Source of the DNA: Dokdonella sp.
GTDB lineage: Bacteria > Pseudomonadota > Gammaproteobacteria > Xanthomonadales > Rhodanobacteraceae
Direction: 5' to 3'
DNA length: 64,000 nucleotides
Assembly (NCBI RefSeq): GCF_019634815.1
Contig: NZ_JAHCAP010000007.1
Coordinates: forward strand, 29,194-93,193
Shown here: positions 10,096 through 18,823 of the stretch, piece by piece
Position numbering within the stretch: position 1 is the stretch's first letter
Layout of the letters: every line of letters starts with the position of its first letter
The notes under the pieces: model-generated
What the model was told of the DNA's origin: nothing
Databases searched by the model: none
What the model saw: only the letters and a program-made list of their open reading frames with translations
Made by a program: the position numbers and the translations under genes

Positions 10096-12165
10096 ATGAC
10101 CAAACTCAATACGCTCATCAGGCTCCTCATCGTCGACGATTCAGTCGAAAGCGCCGAGCAAATCATCAGCATCCTGCGCAACGGCGGCATCGCGGTACGA
10201 CCGTCGCGCGCGACCAACGAGGCCGAGCTCGAGGCCGAATTCGGGCAGCAGCCACCCGACCTGGTGGTGGTCACGCTCGACGGCACCAGCCTGACGATGC
10301 CGCAGGTGCGCGACATCGCCGAACGCAGCGGCCGTGACGTCGCCCTGATCGCCACCGCCACCAGACTGGTCGACGATGCGATCGTGCAGGCGTTCAAGGA
10401 CGGCGCGCGCGCGGCGATGCTGCGCACCTCGCACGAGCATGTGCAGATGGTGGTGCGGCGCGAGTACGACGGCCTGATCATGCGTCGCAGCGTGCGCCGG
10501 CTCGAAGCGGCCTTGCGTGAATCCGAGCGGCGTGGCGATGCCCTGCTCGATTCCTCACGCGATCCGATCGCCTTCGTCCATGAAGGCATGCACGTGCGCG
10601 CCAACAAGGCCTATCTGGAAATGTTCGGCTACGACAGCTTCGAAGACCTCGAAGGCATGTCGATCCTCGACATGATCGCCGCGCCCGATGCCGACGACTT
10701 CAAGGCCCTTCTCAAGCGACTGTCCAAGGGCGAAAAGCCGCCGCAGCGCCTCAACCTCAAGGCGCAGCGCGGCGACGGCTCCACCTTCGATGCCGCGATG
10801 GAGTTTGCCGAGGCCAGCTTCGAGGGCGAACCCTGCCAGCAGATCACATTCCGTCTGCAGGCCTCGGATCCGGCCCTGCACGAAAAGCTCGACGAACTGC
10901 GTACCAAGGATCTGGTCACCGACCTGTTCAACCGCACGCATACGATCACCGAGCTGGAAAACGCCTGCGCGCGCGCCGCCAATGGCACCATCGATCAGGC
11001 GCTGCTGCTGGTCGAGCCGGACAATTTCCGCAGCGTGCTCGACAGCATCGGCATCGGCAACGCCGATCTGCTGCTCGGTGACATCGCCACCCTGTTGCGC
11101 AAGCAGCTCGACGAGGACGACATCGCCGGCCGCGTGGGCGACCATCTGTTCGCACTGCTGCTCGGCAAGCGCGATGCCGAAGCCACCAGCAAGTTCGCCC
11201 AACGTCTGCACGCTGCATTTGCCGAGCACATCTTCGAGGTCGGCAAGCGCTCAATCAGCCTCACCGCGAGCATCGGTGGCGTTCTGCTCGGCGAGAAGAA
11301 CGCACGCGCAGACACTCTCATGGCCGATGCCGCGACCGGCCTGCGCCAGGTCCAGACCGAAGGCGGCAATCGCGTGCATATCCACGACCCTTCGGCGCAG
11401 GACAAGGCCGCCGCCGAAAGCACAAAGCGCTGGGTCGGCCTGATCGACCAGGCGCTCGCCACCGACGGCTTCGTGCTTTACCACCAGCCGATCATCAGCC
11501 TGCACGGCGCCGAAGGCGATTTCTACGAAATCCTGCTGCGCATGGCCGGACCCAAGGGCGAGATTCCGCCCGGCCACTTCCTGCCGATCGCCGAACGCAA
11601 CGGACGCATGCCGGCAATCGACCGCTGGGTGATTTCCAAGGCGATTCAGGCGATCGCCGAACGCGAACGCGCCGGCCACCGGACCACCTTCTTCATCAAG
11701 CTCACGCCACAGTCACTGGAAGACCAGACCTTGGTGCCGTGGATCGCGCAGCAGCTCAAGACCGAACGCCAGCGCGGTGATTCGCTGGTGTTCGAAATGC
11801 CCGAAGCAAAGGTGGTGACCAGCCTCAAGCAAGCGCGTGCGTTTGCCAAGGCACTTGAGCAGATCCATTGCCAGTTTGCGCTCGAACAATTCGGCGCCGG
11901 GCTCAATTCGTTCCAGTTGCTCAAGCACGTGCCCGCGCACTACCTGAAGATCGACCGCCATTTCATGGCCGACCTGCCCAAGCAAAAAGAGAACCAGGAA
12001 AAGGTCAAGGACATCTGCAATCAGGCGCATCAGGCTGGCAAGCTCACCGTGGCCGAATTCGTCGAAGACGCCGCCAGCATGTCGATCCTGTTCGGTTGCG
12101 GCGTCAACTTCGTGCAGGGCAACTTCCTGCAGGAACCGGAAAAAGTCCTCAGTCACGTGGCCTGA
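10096..12165 (+). CDS. fimX: REC-PAS-GGDEF-EAL protein, FimX-like c-di-GMP receptor
   Basis: N-terminal REC (LLIVDDS), PAS (HVRANKAYLEMFGY), degenerate GGDEF (GDHLF), EAL domain (EILLRM, LKID, EFVED, QGNF). Same architecture as FimX. Confidence 0.8.
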   Translation: MTKLNTLIRLLIVDDSVESAEQIISILRNGGIAVRPSRATNEAELEAEFGQQPPDLVVVTLDGTSLTMPQVRDIAERSGRDVALIATATRLVDDAIVQAFKDGARAAMLRTSHEHVQMVVRREYDGLIMRRSVRRLEAALRESERRGDALLDSSRDPIAFVHEGMHVRANKAYLEMFGYDSFEDLEGMSILDMIAAPDADDFKALLKRLSKGEKPPQRLNLKAQRGDGSTFDAAMEFAEASFEGEPCQQITFRLQASDPALHEKLDELRTKDLVTDLFNRTHTITELENACARAANGTIDQALLLVEPDNFRSVLDSIGIGNADLLLGDIATLLRKQLDEDDIAGRVGDHLFALLLGKRDAEATSKFAQRLHAAFAEHIFEVGKRSISLTASIGGVLLGEKNARADTLMADAATGLRQVQTEGGNRVHIHDPSAQDKAAAESTKRWVGLIDQALATDGFVLYHQPIISLHGAEGDFYEILLRMAGPKGEIPPGHFLPIAERNGRMPAIDRWVISKAIQAIAERERAGHRTTFFIKLTPQSLEDQTLVPWIAQQLKTERQRGDSLVFEMPEAKVVTSLKQARAFAKALEQIHCQFALEQFGAGLNSFQLLKHVPAHYLKIDRHFMADLPKQKENQEKVKDICNQAHQAGKLTVAEFVEDAASMSILFGCGVNFVQGNFLQEPEKVLSHVA

Positions 12166-12183
12166 CGCACGCTCCGGCACCAG

Positions 12184-12215
12184 AAGGAAACGGGCAGCCG
12201 CGGCAGCGGCTGCCC
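12184..12215 (-). terminator. Hairpin between convergent fimX and htpX, probable htpX terminator
   Basis: GGGCAGCCGC-N4-GCGGCTGCCC perfect 10-bp stem followed by GTTTCCTT on the minus strand. Confidence 0.55.
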
Positions 12216-12235
12216 ATCACGGTCAATCGCGGATA

Positions 12236-13111
12236 TCAGCGCGCACGCAAGGCGGCAATGCGCTCCTCGAGCGGCGGATGACTCATCAGCAGGCGAGCGA
12301 TCCCGCCTTCGCCGGAAATGCCGAACGCGGCGAGTGCCTTGGGCAGGCTGCTCTCGCCCTGATTGCCGGCCAGGCGCTGCAAGGCGGCAATCATCGACTC
12401 GCGCCCGGCCAGGTTCGCGCCGCCCGCATCGGCACGGAACTCGCGCCAGCGCGAGAATGCCATCACCACCAGCGAGGCGAGCATGCCGAGCACGACCTGC
12501 AGCACCATCACGATCGCGAAGTAGGCAATGCCGCCACCGCTGTCACGGTTGCCGCTGATCGCCCGGTCGACGAGCGTACCGATCACGCGGGCGAGGAAGA
12601 TCACGAAGGTGTTGAGCACGCCCTGCAACAGCGCCATCGTCACCATGTCGCCATTGGCGACGTGGGCGATCTCATGCCCGAGGACGGCATCGACCTCGTT
12701 GCGCTCCATGTTCTGCAGCAGGCCAGTGCTCACCGCCACCAGCGAACTGTTGCGCGTCATGCCGGTGGCAAACGCATTCATGTCGGGCGCGTCGTAGATC
12801 GCCACTTCGGGCATGCCGATGCCGGCCTTCTCGGCGTGGCGGCGCACGGTATCGACCAGCCATGCCTCGGTGGCATTGCGCGGCTGGATGATGACTTGCG
12901 CGCCGGTCGTGAACTTGGCGATCCATTTGGACATCGCCAGCGAAATGAACGAGCCACCCATGCCCATGACCGCGGACAGGATCAGCAAGGCCTCGAGGTT
13001 CAGACCGCCGCGCCGATAGGCGTAGACGTCGATGCCGGTGAGCTTGACGACGATCGTCAACAGCGCCATCACGGCCAGGTTGGTGAGCAGGAACAGTACG
13101 ATACGCTTCAT
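12236..13111 (-). CDS. htpX: Membrane zinc protease HtpX
   Basis: [39 protein letters not shown] (HExxH), [18 protein letters not shown]. Confidence 0.96.
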   Translation of the reverse strand: MKRIVLFLLTNLAVMALLTIVVKLTGIDVYAYRRGGLNLEALLILSAVMGMGGSFISLAMSKWIAKFTTGAQVIIQPRNATEAWLVDTVRRHAEKAGIGMPEVAIYDAPDMNAFATGMTRNSSLVAVSTGLLQNMERNEVDAVLGHEIAHVANGDMVTMALLQGVLNTFVIFLARVIGTLVDRAISGNRDSGGGIAYFAIVMVLQVVLGMLASLVVMAFSRWREFRADAGGANLAGRESMIAALQRLAGNQGESSLPKALAAFGISGEGGIARLLMSHPPLEERIAALRAR

Positions 13112-13177
13112 GCAGAACCCCAGAGTAGAACGTTGGATGCAATGCCCATGCTACGCGATGTGCGCGCACTTGCCTTG

Positions 13178-13205
13178 TGATGGGGGAGCGCCAGAGGCTT
13201 TCAAG
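13178..13205 (-). promoter_or_regulatory. Sigma-32 (RpoH) promoter of htpX
   Basis: Minus strand reads CTTGAA-N14-CCCCATCA, about 67 nt upstream of the ATG; matches the RpoH consensus. Confidence 0.8.
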
Positions 13206-13264
13206 CTTCATGCCGGCAAGACCCCGGGGGATTGGACCCGGACCGTCACCGCGGGTTCCCGCGG

Positions 13265-14146
13265 ATGAGCGGCTATCGCGGTCGCTTCGCACCTTCGCCG
13301 ACCGGCCGCCTCCACCTGGGTTCGCTGGTCGCCGCACTCGGCAGTTGGCTGTTTGCACGCGCCGCAGGCGGGCAATGGCTGCTGCGCATCGAGGATCTCG
13401 ACCACGACCGCGAAGTCCCCGGCGCGGCGCAGGACATCCTCGCCACACTCGCCGCGTTCGGGATGCAGTCCGACGGACCGGTGATCGTGCAGAGCGAGCG
13501 GATCGAACGCTACGCGGCGGCGCTGCGCGAGTTGCAGGATGGCGGTCACGCCTATGCGTGCTGGTGCAGCCGCTCCGATCTGGAGCCCCACGCGGGAATC
13601 CATCCTGCGACCTGCGTGGCAACGCCCACTGCCCGCACACCGGCGTGGCGCCTGCGCGTAGGCGGCGCAGTGATCGGCTTCGATGATGCAATCTGCGGCG
13701 CGCAACGACAGGACCTTGCCCGCGCCGTCGGCGATTTCGTCGTCTGGCGCGCCGACGGCGTGTGCGCCTACCAGCTTGCAGTGATCGTCGACGATGCGGC
13801 CCAAGGCATCACCGATGTCGTGCGCGGCGCCGATCTGCTCGATTCCACACCGCGCCAGATCCTGTTGCAGCAGATGCTCGGCCTGCCCCGGCCACGCCAT
13901 GCACACCTGCCACTGGTGCTCGATGCCCAGGGCGGAAAGCTCGGCAAGCAGGATGCGGCATGCCCGGTCGATGCAGGCGATCCGCTGCCCGCACTGCGTG
14001 CGGCTCTGCGTCACCTTGGCCAGATCGTTCCGCCTGCCGACTCGGTCGATGCGCTGCTGGAACAGGCCGTGCGCGGCTTCGATATCCACCGCATCCCGGC
14101 CAGCTCGGCCGGCGATCATGTCGCAGCGCATAATGCATCGCGCTGA
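13265..14146 (+). CDS. gluQ: Glutamyl-Q tRNA(Asp) synthetase
   Basis: GRFAPSPTGRLHLGS, RIEDLD, CWCSR, GDFVVWRADG..AYQLAVIVDD, RGADLL, KLGKQ; lacks the anticodon-binding domain. Confidence 0.92.
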   Translation: MSGYRGRFAPSPTGRLHLGSLVAALGSWLFARAAGGQWLLRIEDLDHDREVPGAAQDILATLAAFGMQSDGPVIVQSERIERYAAALRELQDGGHAYACWCSRSDLEPHAGIHPATCVATPTARTPAWRLRVGGAVIGFDDAICGAQRQDLARAVGDFVVWRADGVCAYQLAVIVDDAAQGITDVVRGADLLDSTPRQILLQQMLGLPRPRHAHLPLVLDAQGGKLGKQDAACPVDAGDPLPALRAALRHLGQIVPPADSVDALLEQAVRGFDIHRIPASSAGDHVAAHNASR

Positions 14147-14212
14147 CGAATCGGCACACACTGCACATTCAAAAGCGAACTTCGCCGTCCATTTTTCCAA
14201 CAGGAGTCAGTC

Positions 14213-14953
14213 ATGACGACACGCGTCGCCCTCGTCACGGGCGGTACCGGCGGCATCGGTACCGCAATTTGCAGGTATCTGGCCTCGCAGGGCCACAAGG
14301 TGGCCACCAACTATCGCGACGAAGGCAAGGCTCGCGCGTGGCAGGAAGCGCAGAAGAAGGCCGGCTTCGACTTCGGCCTGGCCAAGGGCGATGTCGCCGA
14401 TCCCGCCACCGCCGAGGCGATGGTGCGCGAGGTCGAGCGCCAGCTCGGACCAGTCGACATCCTCATCAACAACGCCGGCATCACCCGCGACACCACCTTC
14501 CACAAGATGAGCGCAACGCAGTGGCAGGACGTGATCTCGACCAACCTCGGCTCGTGCTTCAACGTCACCCGCCCGGTGATCGATGGCATGCGCGAGCGCA
14601 AGTGGGGCCGCATCGTGCAAATCAGCTCGATCAATGGCCAGAAGGGCCAATACGGCCAAGCCAACTACGCAGCCGCCAAGGCCGGCATGCATGGCTTCAC
14701 GATTTCGCTGGCGCAGGAAAACGCCAAGTTCGGCATTACCGTGAATACCGTCTCGCCCGGTTATGTCGGCACCGACATGGTGATGGCCGTGCCCGAGGAC
14801 GTGCGCAGCAAGATCGTCGCGCAGATTCCGGTGGGGCGCTTGGGTGATCCCGACGAGATCGCCTTCGCGGTCGGTTTTTTCGTCGACGACCGCGCGCGCT
14901 GGATCACCGGTGCGAACCTCGCGATCAACGGTGGCCAATACATGGGTTGGTGA
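14213..14953 (+). CDS. phbB: Acetoacetyl-CoA reductase, NADPH-type fingerprint
   Basis: TGGTGGIG, NNAGITRD, SSINGQKGQYGQANYAAAK, SPGY; RBS AGGAG; adjacent to phaR. Confidence 0.92.
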   Translation: MTTRVALVTGGTGGIGTAICRYLASQGHKVATNYRDEGKARAWQEAQKKAGFDFGLAKGDVADPATAEAMVREVERQLGPVDILINNAGITRDTTFHKMSATQWQDVISTNLGSCFNVTRPVIDGMRERKWGRIVQISSINGQKGQYGQANYAAAKAGMHGFTISLAQENAKFGITVNTVSPGYVGTDMVMAVPEDVRSKIVAQIPVGRLGDPDEIAFAVGFFVDDRARWITGANLAINGGQYMGW

Positions 14954-15237
14954 TGCGCGCGCTGATCCGACGCCCTCCGGCGTCGGATGCGCGCATCACC
15001 AGGTGAGGCATGGATGCCGAACGGGCCGCGTCCCAGGGACGGATGCTTGCCACGCCTTGCGCTGACCCGACGCCCTCCGGCGTCGGATGCGCGCATCACC
15101 AGGTGAGGCATGGATGCCGAACGGGCCGCGTCCCAGGGACGGATGCTTGCCACGCCTTGCGCTGATCCGACGCCCTCCGGCGTCGGCTGCATGCGCTTTG
15201 CCCCGGACGGTGGCTGCAGCGCCCGCCAGGTGAGGCA
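14949..15237. repeat. 100-bp tandem repeat (2 full copies plus a partial, degenerate third) built on a REP-like palindrome
   Basis: Units start at 14961, 15061 and 15161; copies 1 and 2 differ at one base (GCTGAT/GCTGAC). Core ATCCGACGCC-CTCC-GGCGTCGGAT; CCAGGTGAGGCA recurs at about 15226-15237. Confidence 0.93.
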
Positions 15238-15375
15238 GGTCGAGCGCAGGCGCAGGGCCGAGTGGGCGAACGGGCACCCTTGGCCCGCCGACCCGGCTCG
15301 GTCCAGCCGATCATCCTCGCGCGGCGCGCACCCGTGGCCGCGGCCGCCGCTCGACATCGGCCGAAGCATCGCAAC

Positions 15376-15390
15376 TGGTGCGCCGCACCA
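15376..15390. promoter_or_regulatory. Putative PhaR autoregulatory operator
   Basis: Perfect inverted repeat TGGTGC-GCC-GCACCA (TGC-N3-GCA core) 20 nt upstream of the phaR ATG. Confidence 0.55.
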
Positions 15391-15410
15391 CATTCTGCTA
15401 GCGTGGCGGC

Positions 15411-15914
15411 ATGACCACGTCCCGCATCATCAAGAAGTATCCCAATCGCCGCCTCTACGACACCGAGATCTCCAGCTACATCACGCTGGAAGAAATCCGT
15501 CAGCTGGTGCTCGACAACGAGGAATTCGAAGTCCGCGACGCCAAGACCGGCGAGGACCTCACACGCTCGGTCTTGTTGCAGATCATCTCCGAGTACGAGG
15601 ATCGCGGGCAGCCTATGTTCACCAGCAAGCTGCTGTCGCAGATCATCCGCTTTTACGGGGACTCGATGCAGGGCTTCATGGGCGCCTACCTCGAACGCAG
15701 CCTGCAGGTGTTTCTCGACCAGCAGACCCAGTTCCGCAGCCAGCTCAACAACATGCTGGGACAGGGTCCGTGGTCGATGCTCAATGATCTCACCGAGCGC
15801 AACATGGACATGTGGAAGTCGATGCAACAGGGCTTCCTCACGGCCGCGGCCAGCAGCATGCGCGGCAACGCCCCCGACACCGGTGAGCGTCCCAAGAAAG
15901 ACTCCAAATCCTGA
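15411..15914 (+). CDS. phaR: Polyhydroxyalkanoate synthesis repressor PhaR
   Basis: IIKKYPNRRLYDTEISSYITL, DAKTGEDLTRSVLLQII, IRFYGDSMQG. Confidence 0.95.
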   Translation: MTTSRIIKKYPNRRLYDTEISSYITLEEIRQLVLDNEEFEVRDAKTGEDLTRSVLLQIISEYEDRGQPMFTSKLLSQIIRFYGDSMQGFMGAYLERSLQVFLDQQTQFRSQLNNMLGQGPWSMLNDLTERNMDMWKSMQQGFLTAAASSMRGNAPDTGERPKKDSKS

Positions 15915-15992
15915 TCATCCGGCCTGCCGCAGATCGGCCGCGCCTCCGCGCCGCTGTCTGCCGTGCGTGCCCGAACTTCCGAGAGGACATCC

Positions 15993-16739
15993 ATGAACGA
16001 TCGCGTCGCCGTCGTCACCGGCGGTATTGGCGGACTGGGCACCGAAATCTGCAAGGCGCTGGCGCGTGCCGGCCGCAAGGTCGTTGCCGCCGACTTGGCA
16101 GCCCGCAGCGAGCGGGTGGCGGAATTCCGTACCGAAGTTGCTTCCTTTGGCGAGCAGATCACCTTCGAGCCGCTCAACGTCGCCGACCGTGACGATTGCG
16201 CAAGCCTGGTCGATCGCGTCGGCAAGCAGCACGGTCCGGTGTCGATCCTCGTCAACTCGGCAGGCATCACGCGTGACACCAGCCTGCGCAAGATGGATGA
16301 CGCGCAGTGGGACGACGTGATCCGGATCAATCTCAGTGGCGTGTTCAACATGTGCCGGCTGGTGGTCGACGGCATGACCGGCCAAGGCTTCGGTCGCATC
16401 GTCAACATCTCTTCGGTCAATGGCCAGACCGGCCAGTTCGGCCAGACCAACTATTCGGCGGCCAAAGCCGGCCTGCACGGTTTCACGATGGCGCTTGCGC
16501 GAGAAGTGGCGAAGAAGGGCGTCACCGTGAACAGTATTTCGCCGGGCTACTGCGACACGCCAATGGTGCGCGCCGTGCCCGAAGACATCCGCAAGCAGAT
16601 CGTCGCCTCGATTCCGGTTGGCCGTCTGGGCGAGCCGCGCGAGATCGCGCGTACCGTCAGTTTCCTCACCGACGAGGATGCCGGCTACATCACCGGCGCG
16701 AACATCCCGGTCAACGGCGGCTACTTCATGAGCTTCTGA
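15993..16739 (+). CDS. phbB: Second acetoacetyl-CoA reductase paralog, NADH-type fingerprint
   Basis: TGGIGGLG, NSAGITRD, SSVNGQTGQFGQTNYSAAK, SPGY; RBS GAGAGGA upstream of ATG 15993. Confidence 0.85.
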   Translation: MNDRVAVVTGGIGGLGTEICKALARAGRKVVAADLAARSERVAEFRTEVASFGEQITFEPLNVADRDDCASLVDRVGKQHGPVSILVNSAGITRDTSLRKMDDAQWDDVIRINLSGVFNMCRLVVDGMTGQGFGRIVNISSVNGQTGQFGQTNYSAAKAGLHGFTMALAREVAKKGVTVNSISPGYCDTPMVRAVPEDIRKQIVASIPVGRLGEPREIARTVSFLTDEDAGYITGANIPVNGGYFMSF

Positions 16740-16759
16740 GCCGCTCGCGCGCGGCTCAT

Positions 16760-17827
16760 TCAGTAGTCATAGCCGTCGATGAAGATGAAATCATCGGGCG
16801 TGCGCACACAGTCGTAGGTCACCGTCATCGGATCGCCCGCCTCGACCACTTCGAAGTCGGTCGGACGGATCCCGTACAGCGAGTGTGAATCGATGTCGAT
16901 GTCGGCATCCGACCACTTGTGCGTGGTGAAGGCATCGGCCTCGGCCGTGAGCGGAATCCCGCCGCCGTCGGAAAGAAACATCCCGTACTTCTTGAGCGAG
17001 CGCAGGATCACGCGCACCGCCTCGTTGCTGCTGAATCCGTTGATGTCGAACGAGGCCTTGAGCCGCAGCCGCGAACCATACGGCACGGCGTCGGGATGGG
17101 TGTCGGAGGTCGCGGTGGTGCCGTGCGAGGCCGGATGCACGTACTTGTGCCGCATCATCCGATTGTTGCCGAGGATGAAGCGGATCGCGTGGCCGAAATC
17201 GCCCTGGGTCTGCATCGCCGCCCACACCTCGTCGGCATTGAACAGCAGCGGCGCCACCGGAAATCCCGCACCATCGGCACTGGTGCAATGCTCGCCACGA
17301 CCGTAGCGAGGGTAGACCTTGGTCAGGTCCCAGCGCAGCCCGCAGATCGTGTCGACGCCGCCGGCTCCGGCGGCATTGACGCCGTACGCCTCATAAAGAA
17401 TCTTGCTGCTGTCGTTGACCACCAGCAGATGGCAGTCGTTGTCGCTGGCATCGCAGTCATAGCCCGGTGGATCGGTGCCCTCGATGCCGCCTACCGCGGG
17501 CAATGGAAACGCCATGCCCGGCGCATCGCAATCGGGGCTGTAGTAATCATCGGGATCCGGCCAGGCAACCACCGGCACAGTCGTCGTCGCAGCATTGGCA
17601 TGCAACACGTACATCCCGAAATCGATCTGGAAATCGAAGTTGCGCGTATCGCCCCAACCCGACGAGGAAAACGCAGCCAGATGCGTCATCATCGCCGCCG
17701 AGTTCGGCCGCAGCGGTGCCTGACTGACATCGACGTTCCAGATCGCATTGGGCTGGGTGAAGCGCGGCAAGGGCGCCGCCACCACCGATGATCCGGAGAG
17801 CAAAGCCATCAAGACCAGTGCACGCAT
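16760..17827 (-). CDS. Secreted protein of unknown function with C-terminal DFIFIDGYDY tail
   Basis: GGAGG RBS; signal peptide MRALVLMALLSGSSVVA; conserved-looking core (WNVDVSQAP, DCHLLVV, TSADGAGFPVAPLL, HAIRF, YVHPASH, GSRLRLK, LKKYGMFLSDGG). Confidence 0.8.
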   Translation of the reverse strand: MRALVLMALLSGSSVVAAPLPRFTQPNAIWNVDVSQAPLRPNSAAMMTHLAAFSSSGWGDTRNFDFQIDFGMYVLHANAATTTVPVVAWPDPDDYYSPDCDAPGMAFPLPAVGGIEGTDPPGYDCDASDNDCHLLVVNDSSKILYEAYGVNAAGAGGVDTICGLRWDLTKVYPRYGRGEHCTSADGAGFPVAPLLFNADEVWAAMQTQGDFGHAIRFILGNNRMMRHKYVHPASHGTTATSDTHPDAVPYGSRLRLKASFDINGFSSNEAVRVILRSLKKYGMFLSDGGGIPLTAEADAFTTHKWSDADIDIDSHSLYGIRPTDFEVVEAGDPMTVTYDCVRTPDDFIFIDGYDY

Positions 17828-17897
17828 TTCAGATCCTCCCGGCCACATGATCGACGCCACGCCATCACAAAAACCGTGACGGCTTGCGCAAGCCGAG

Positions 17898-18464
17898 CTA
17901 CCAGACCAGATCGGCCGGCACGTCGTCTTCGCTCGCCGCGTGCGGATCGCACAACAACACCAGCGCCTCGGCATCGATCGCCTGCGCCGCCAGCGCCACT
18001 TCACGAGTCACCAGCAGATAGCGCCCCGCCAGTTGCACCACCGCCAATTCGCCGCCGTTGAGGCGTGGCAATTGCTCGGCGGTGACGTAGATGCGGCGGA
18101 TCTTGTTGTGATGCGGAAAATGTCGCGGAATGTCGGCCTCGGCGACACCTTGCCCGGCGGTCGCGAGCAGGGCCGAGAGTTTTTGCCTGCGTTCGCGTTT
18201 TTCCTTCGCGCGCGCCTCGGCTTCGCGCTGCTCGCGCTCGCGCGTCTCGCGCTCGTCCTTGCCGCGCAAGGCGTAAGCCTTGGCCAGATCGATCTCATCC
18301 CGTGCGTGCGGCGCCTGCGATCTCGGCTTCGCCTGCGGGCGCCCCGGCCCTTGCGGTTTACCGCTTGCGCCCGCTCCTGACTTGGCCGGCCGCGGCTTGG
18401 CTTCGACCTTGGGTGCCGGCTTGAAACCGGCCTTGAGCAACTGATCGCGCAGGGAATCGGACAT
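17898..18464 (-). CDS. DUF2058 (YaiL-like) family protein
   Basis: MSDSLRDQLLKAGF start, EIDLAKAYALR, KIRRIYVT, C-terminal DDVPADLVW. Confidence 0.8.
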   Translation of the reverse strand: MSDSLRDQLLKAGFKPAPKVEAKPRPAKSGAGASGKPQGPGRPQAKPRSQAPHARDEIDLAKAYALRGKDERETREREQREAEARAKEKRERRQKLSALLATAGQGVAEADIPRHFPHHNKIRRIYVTAEQLPRLNGGELAVVQLAGRYLLVTREVALAAQAIDAEALVLLCDPHAASEDDVPADLVW

Positions 18465-18607
18465 GGATTGCAGACTCGGCACAGCCATCACGGGATTGCG
18501 GCGCAAAAGCTTACACGATCAGGGACGGCCACTTTGGAAGTTCCGGAGCCGGCAACCAGGCAGGCAGAAAAGGTCTGCCCCGCAAGCCGCGCTCACGGAC
18601 GAACGCA

Positions 18608-18823
18608 TCAATAATGCGGTGGCGGCGGCTCGTCCTGTGCGGCCGACCCGAGACTGCCGCGCACCGCCTGCAGATCGATGCGCAGCGCTTCGATCGCATT
18701 GCGCAAGGCGAGCAGGTTGCGGTCGTGGGCTGCCACGGTGTCGCTGAGCACGGCCATGGTGTCGTCGATGAACGACACACGTACTTCGAGTTCGGTCAGG
18801 CGTTGTTCGAGTGTGGCCGTCAT
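18608..18823 (-). CDS. slyX: SlyX family protein
   Basis: LEQRLTELEVRVSF...DEPPPPHY signature; ATG overlaps the gmd stop (TGATG). Confidence 0.9.
   Translation of the reverse strand: MTATLEQRLTELEVRVSFIDDTMAVLSDTVAAHDRNLLALRNAIEALRIDLQAVRGSLGSAAQDEPPPPHY

Noticed and set aside
14961-15190. CRISPR array (three palindromic ~30-nt repeats at regular spacing)
   Set aside because: The intervening ~70-nt segments are identical to each other and no cas genes are present; it is a tandem duplication.
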